In this document: in pieces, positions 56,623 through 64,000 of the stretch | Layout: the number at the start of each line of letters is the position of its first letter | How positions within the stretch are numbered: the stretch's first letter is position 1 | Source: Eledone cirrhosa | Lineage: Eukaryota | NCBI GenBank assembly: GCA_964016885.1 | Contig: CAXHJY010000517.1 | Location: 124,001 to 188,000 of the forward strand | DNA length: 64,000 nt | Direction: 5' to 3' | The notes under the pieces: generated by a model | Told to the model about the DNA's origin: nothing | Databases searched by the model: none | Seen by the model: only the letters and a program-made list of their open reading frames with translations | Made by a program: the position numbers and the translations under genes

Positions 56623-56759
56623 TTAGAAACCGTTCTTAGAAACTATTATTATACCAGACAAACTATCTTCAACCTTCTTAACTTTGCTAATTATGTTGAA
56701 CTTTAAACTGTTTTTTTTCTTCTTCGTTACTTCCATCTTCAACTAAATATCCACGTCGC

Positions 56760-57030
56760 GGCAGCATGGCCAAATAGTTAAACAGTTAATTTCGTAATGA
56801 TTTGATCTCGGGTTTGGTTTCCACTGCCTGTCATCTTAAGAAAGTGTCATTTTCAGCAAGTGTCATCTTTACCACAAACTCGAGTCAACTCAAATTTTGT
56901 GAGTGAAATCGGGTAGACAGTAACTGTTTGGTAGCCTATCGGATGGATTGTACATCTAATTCAAAGAGTCAGCGTTGTCACTGTGTCACACCGTGTCACA
57001 CTGATTCTCCTTGAAAATCACATTAATCAA
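56760..57030 (+). mobile_element. Diverged second-family SINE
   Basis: tRNA-like head ATGGCCAAATAGTTAA; GTCACACCGTGTCACACTGATTCTCC resembles the reverse complement of 22522-22555. Confidence 0.5.
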
Positions 57031-57350
57031 ACAACTGAAACGGATAGACATCTGTTCCATCCCAAACACACATATACGTATAGAAAACGCAAGAAAAGGT
57101 ATATTCATACCTACGTTAGTCGCTAACCCATTAACTCCCTTTATAGGACTTCTTTTATTTCTGTTATTTCCGTTAACCATGTTGACAAGCTATGTAAAAT
57201 TCTGCACCAAGAATTAATGTTCAACCTACAGCGAGACATGATTCAGTTGTTTCTGTGTCCTGGCGAAGGACTTTTAACTCGAAATTGAATCCTTCTCCAT
57301 TTTCCTACAGCGCTGAATTATTTCTTGTGCATTCAAGGTAGCATTATATA

Positions 57351-57532
57351 TGGATTGGCAGTATCGGTAGAGGGTCGAACACCATGCTTTCCAGCGTAGA
57401 GTTACGTCCCTTTACGGTCTGAGTTCAAATCCCGCTGAGGTTAACTTTGCCTTTCATCCTTACGGGGGTCGATAAAATAAAGTACTAGTAATGTACTGGG
57501 ATAATTTCTGGCCTTGTGCCAAAAGTAGAAAC

Positions 57533-57538
<6 letters not shown>
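57351..57538 (+). mobile_element. Family A SINE
   Basis: Same sequence as 53215-53403; ATTATATAT on both sides. Confidence 0.92.
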
Positions 57539-57574
<36 letters not shown>

Positions 57575-57807
57575 CGAGAAAATAACTGTATGTTTGGCAA
57601 AGTAACGTTTAAGCTCGATGCGAGTTTAGGTAGTCTGACGAAACATTTGTGGTTCAATTAAATGTATAATTAACAGACTTGGTTCTTTTGTTTATATTTT
57701 TTTATAATGTGTATTTGTGTGTTGTACTATTTTGGTACATCTGAACGAAAACGCACGCGGATTCCCCCACCCCCACCCCCTATATATATATATATATCTA
57801 TAATAAT

Positions 57808-58050
57808 AATTGTTTCTACTTTATCTTATAACTATCTATATAACTATCTATAGAAGAAATAACTGTTTCTACTTTAGGCACAAGGCCAGCAATTACCCAG
57901 TGCATTACTGGTACTTTTATTTTATCGACCCCGTAAGGATGAAAGGCAAAGTCAACCTCGGCGGGATTTGAACTCAGATCGTAAAGGGACGTAACTAAGC
58001 TGGAAAGCATGGCGTCCGACTCTCTACCGATACTGCCAATACACCGCCCT
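57808..58050 (-). mobile_element. Family A SINE with duplicated tail
   Basis: Reverse complement of family A; TGTTTCTACTTT occurs twice; 15-bp TSD TATATCTATAATAAT (57793-57807 / 58051-58065). Confidence 0.9.
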
Positions 58051-58197
58051 TATATCTATAATAATAATGATATTATTTATAGTTATGTATATACTATAAA
58101 CAACTATAAACAGGAAAGGTCAGTAATTCATTACTACCTTATTACCAGTAAGAGAAATCGCTCAATGTAAGAACATCAGGTATTTTACAGAGCAGGA

Positions 58198-58983
58198 ATA
58201 TAAATTACACAATTATCAAAGTTATGTTCAAATCATTTAATTGCTGACAATCGTTTCTTCCAAACTTTCGTTTGAGATCATCGGAGCATTAGCAATGTTT
58301 GTACATATAATTAACCTCCTATTCAACTAAACAATCATATAGGATACAGTTATTGTTATCTTTTCCATTACATATGTTAAATTATATTTAAGTTAATGTT
58401 TATATAACATTCAATATAAACATTAACTAAAATATAATTAAACATATGTAATGGGAAAGATAACAATAACTTTGATACTCTCAACACATACACATTTGAA
58501 TACTACAGTAAGTATCATCACATTACATCCACCACAATTTTTAATACACTAACACATTTGCTTGGTATTTTATGTGATACCTTTGCCATATAGTATTTAT
58601 TTATTTATTTATATATGCCTAATACCTTTGCTTGCCTACTTCTCATATATACGACTAACGCATGTGCACTTTCTACACGCTTGCATATGTACTGCTAATG
58701 TCCTCATTCTTTCTCAATGCCTCTTTAATTATTAGACTATTCCCTTGTATTCCACTCTGTGCTTTTAATTTGAATTTGAATTTATGTCGCATCCATTACA
58801 CCCTGTAAATACGAAACTGTTGTTCACAACATCAATATATATGTATATATATGATTGTTCAGTTGAATAGGAGGTTAATTATATGTAGAAACATTGCTAA
58901 TGCTTCGATGATTCCAAACGAAAGTTTGGAAGAAACGATTGTCAGCAATTAAATGATTTGAACATAACTTTGATAATTGTGTA

Positions 58984-58990
<7 letters not shown>
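58198..58990 (+). mobile_element. Fold-back pLTR-like element with ~145-bp terminal inverted repeats, each holding a hammerhead
   Basis: 58198-58341 is the reverse complement of 58847-58990 with few mismatches; additional internal hairpin 58349-58470; ends at (TA)n. Confidence 0.8.
58899..58950 (+). ncRNA. Minimal type I hammerhead ribozyme (second copy on minus strand at 58239-58290)
   Basis: TGCT-TCGATGA-TTCCAAAC(GAAA)GTTTGGAA-GAAAC-gatt-GTC-AGCA: 8-bp stem II with GNRA loop, GUC site, 4-bp stem I. Core reads CCGATGA in the minus copy; both differ from canonical CTGATGA. Confidence 0.75.
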
Positions 58991-59054
<64 letters not shown>

Positions 59055-59084
59055 AATGTGTGTGTGTGTGTGTGTGTGTGTGTG

Positions 59085-59293
59085 ATTTCTACTGTAGGCA
59101 CAAGGTCAGCAATTTGAGGCGAGGGAAAAGTCGATTAAATCGATCCCAGTGTATTACTGGTACTTTATTTTATCGACCTTGTAAGGATGAAAGGCAAAGT
59201 TAACCTCGGCGGGATTTGAACTCAGACCGTAAAGGGCGATGGATTGGCAGTATTGGTACAGCGTCGCACACTTTGCTTTGCAGCATAGAGTTA
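59085..59293 (-). mobile_element. Family A-related SINE with inverted 5' head
   Basis: Body on minus (59085-59236); head GGCGATGGATTGGCAGTATTGG..GCATAGAGTTA on plus (59235-59293). Confidence 0.8.
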
Positions 59294-59295
59294 TG

Positions 59296-59368
<73 letters not shown>

Positions 59369-59452
59369 TCCCCGGTTCAATCGGGGGTAAAAACAGTGAG
59401 TAAAGTATTCCATACATTAGTAGAGTGTAAACATCATGTCTAATATAGAAAT

Positions 59453-59503
59453 GGCTTTTACAGGACTAGAACCGTTTCATTCAAAAGAAATCACCAGGAA
59501 ACC
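59453..59503 (-). ncRNA. Degenerate hammerhead-like motif
   Basis: Minus: GGTTTC-CTGGTGA-tTTC(tttt)GAAt-GAAAC-ggttctagtcct-GTA-AAAGCC; one core substitution, stem I mostly pairable. Confidence 0.4.
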
Positions 59504-60019
59504 TTTCCTAATGATGACTGTATGTTTATTCCATCTATTAAAGAAGAAAGAGGGGAAAAAATAATGTATCTTCGCACAAATGCTGTAAGCAGACGTGAGG
59601 TGTGTGTGTATGTGTGTGTGTATGTGTGTGTGTGTGTGCACGCGTTAGTAATTTTGTTTGAATGATACACCAAATCAAACACGAAACAAAGTAAATAGTG
59701 ATCATATTAGTGAGAAATGAATTTGCTGTCAACATGAAACCTGTGAAATGGAATGTAACATCGTGTTACCTTATTAAAGTTGACAACAGTCATGTAATTA
59801 GTTTGTATTGATTATCTGGAGTTAATCGAACTGACATGCAGGGAAATAAGTTATGAAGTCATAAAGTCGGGCAAACAAAAACACCGCCCTACAAACACAA
59901 AGATGAGTATATATGTATGCATTCATAAGTATACAAATACGCCACACAGATATGTGTATGCATATATATATTCTGTGTGTGTTTGTCTGTTTGTACGTTT
60001 ATATATATATATATAATTA

Positions 60020-60153
60020 TAACTTTATTTAATCGACCTCGTAAGGATGAAAAGCAACGCTGGCCTCGATGGGATTTGAACTCAGACCGTAAAGGGACGT
60101 AACTAAGGTGGAAGGCATGGCGTCCAACCCTCTACCGATACTGCCAATTCAGC
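60020..60153 (-). mobile_element. Family A SINE, 3'-incomplete
   Basis: Reverse complement of head, B-box and core. Confidence 0.85.
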
Positions 60154-60166
60154 CTTAATAATATTG

Positions 60167-60821
<655 letters not shown>

Positions 60822-60884
60822 TAAGTGCCATACTAAGAGTGAGAAATGAAATTTCGTTTTCATTTTTTTCAACTTATATATATA

Positions 60885-62051
<1,167 letters not shown>

Positions 62052-62058
62052 TATTATA

Positions 62059-62116
<58 letters not shown>

Positions 62117-62135
62117 ACAAGTTACGGTATTATTC

Positions 62136-62328
62136 GGTGGATTGTCAGTATCGGTAGAGGGTCGGACGCTAAGCTTTGACGTATAGAGTTACGGCCCTTG
62201 CAGTTCTAAGTTCGAATCCCGCCGAGGTTAACTTTGCCTTTCATCCTTACGGGGTCGATAAAATAAAGTACCAGTAATACATTGGGATAATTGCTGGCCT
62301 TGTGCCAAAAGTAGAAACAATTATTATT
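62136..62328 (+). mobile_element. Full-length family A SINE
   Basis: GTTCGAATCCC B-box, core, ATTATTATT tail. Confidence 0.92.
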
Positions 62329-62740
62329 GTACATACTAGTTTTGTCTCGTACATACTGACGTACGTCTAGACACAGGAAGTTGCACGGCGTAATTAACAT
62401 ATGGTCACGTTTGGTAACAATTACGCGACTCTCTTAAGAACATGGATTTTCTGTCGTCCTATTACGAAAAACCAGGTGTGTTAGATTATATTGGAGTTTA
62501 TCAATATATGTCTTGGTAAAGATTATAGAAGCTCAATGCTAATCAGTATCCTTGATCAATCAGTAACCCAAAAGGCAGAATGATTTTTCAACCTCTGTAG
62601 ATTACGTTATAGACTTTATGGCATAAACTGCAAAGCTCAAATTTAATAAATTAAAAGCAGGGCTGCTGAGTTCTTTAGGGACACGTCTTTTAATAGCTTT
62701 AACTTTCTTCTAACTTGTTCTGATTATCATTTCTTTTCAG

Positions 62741-62821
62741 ATTAATGATGACAGACATCAAGCTAACTCAGCAAATGTAAAAGCACGCTGTAATCATTAC
62801 CTTAAGAACAGAGCATTGTGA
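62741..62821 (+). CDS. Candidate terminal coding exon (INDDRHQANSANVKARCNHYLKNRAL*)
   Basis: Strong acceptor TTCTGATTATCATTTCTTTTCAG; short open frame to TGA; ~1 kb of unique repeat-free sequence with AATAAA downstream. No recognised homology. Confidence 0.3.
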   Translation: MNDDRHQANSANVKARCNHYLKNRAL

Positions 62822-63831
62822 TTTATAGATTGCTCGCTTCCTGAAAGTTGCATGGTTGTTTGTTGTCAAAGTCCACTGACGGGCATTCTACAGCAGTAAT
62901 AAAACTTTAGAATAGATCCTGACCAGAACTGAACTCCCGACTAGGAACTCCACTGTCTCTATTACCCACTACTAGGCCCTGTTATAATAACAAAGTTTCT
63001 GTTTGAATAGACATAAAATTGATGTCAGTTGACGTCAGCAGTGAACCGCAGTTATATTATAAACATAAAACATTCGGTCATGGGTGATCGAAAATTCAAG
63101 ACGAAAATTAATTTACCATTAGGTTGTACACACCCAGACACACCGAACTTGCTAAACCTGTTTGGAAAAATCTATTTGCAGTGTTTATCAAAAGGTGTTG
63201 ATAAAAACTCACAGTGAAATGTTTATTTATTTGTAAGAGATTTGACTACAATCCTTTGGAAGTGCAAAAATCTAACCACATCTTTTCTTTATATAGCCAG
63301 GTTATTTCAAAGTTTTAATGGTTTTTGTGCTCAAAACTCTTATATGAACATTTATTTTCTGCGGTGTCACAAATAAATACATACTAAATTTTACAGCTGA
63401 ACTAATATTGTTGTATTTTCACAAAAGATTTAGGCATGTTGTTTCTTAAGTAAAGTGCATTTAAAGTAAATAACCAATGAAGCACGTGACCTATAAAGCC
63501 TATAAGGAGCCTATAAAGCAAGAAACATATTAGAGCAACGAGTCTATGAAAATGAAATCCTCTGAAGCAACTAGTATTTGAATCATATATAATATTAATG
63601 CATTCTCTTCTGGTGAAATCTGTGATTGCAGATATATTGTCGCAACGTGTGCATGGGTGTAGCAATATGGGAGTAGCAACTAGCTAAGATCTAATCAATG
63701 TAAACTGCCTTCATAGTTGACAGTAGTAGCTGACATAGTTCATGTCTTCACAAAATTAGCACTAAGAACCCTACTGAAAAAGTTTCCATCTTTTGTCGGA
63801 ATTGACCAACTGGCTACGTAACATTTAACTA

Positions 63832-63969
63832 ATCTGTCGAGGTCAGTGCTCAAGTGTTACCCACATCTGTCGAGGTCAATTCTCAGGTAATACCCACATC
63901 TGTCGAGGTCAGTGCTCTGGTAATACCCACATCTGTCGAGGTCAACTCTCAGGGGTTACCCACATCTGT
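63832..63969. repeat. 33-bp minisatellite, ~4 copies
   Basis: ATCTGTCGAGGTCA at 63832, 63865, 63898 and 63931. Confidence 0.9.
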
Positions 63970-64000
63970 ACACAAGTGGCTACTCTCTCTCTCTTTCTCT

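Noticed and set aside
57255-57660. Further hammerhead-like remnants (CTGGCGA..GAAAT at 57260; GAAACATTTGT at 57640)
   Set aside because: Too many core mismatches and no convincing stems.

Overview
Repeat-saturated eukaryotic DNA, not prokaryotic. The SINE families and (TA)n/(CA)n load suggest an octopus or other cephalopod, which is inference. Bases 1-19400 are a 28-bp satellite with higher-order structure. The rest holds a decayed autonomous Helitron (Rep + Pif1 helicase, ~41.1-48.4 kb), three non-autonomous Helitron pieces, a 5'-truncated Penelope-like element (RT + GIY-YIG), two RTE LINE fragments, a mariner relic, about 14 tRNA-derived SINE copies and many mini/microsatellites. No complete host gene is visible; two candidate exons are noted. 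The most notable unannotated signal is a set of short, mutually unrelated, non-coding fold-back elements next to (TA)n tracts. Most carry a recognisable minimal type I hammerhead ribozyme core plus an inverted copy of part of their own 3' segment. The hammerhead behind the Penelope-like ORF has been hit twice, at the same bases, by one SINE family. All of this was read by eye; no alignments or folds were computed.
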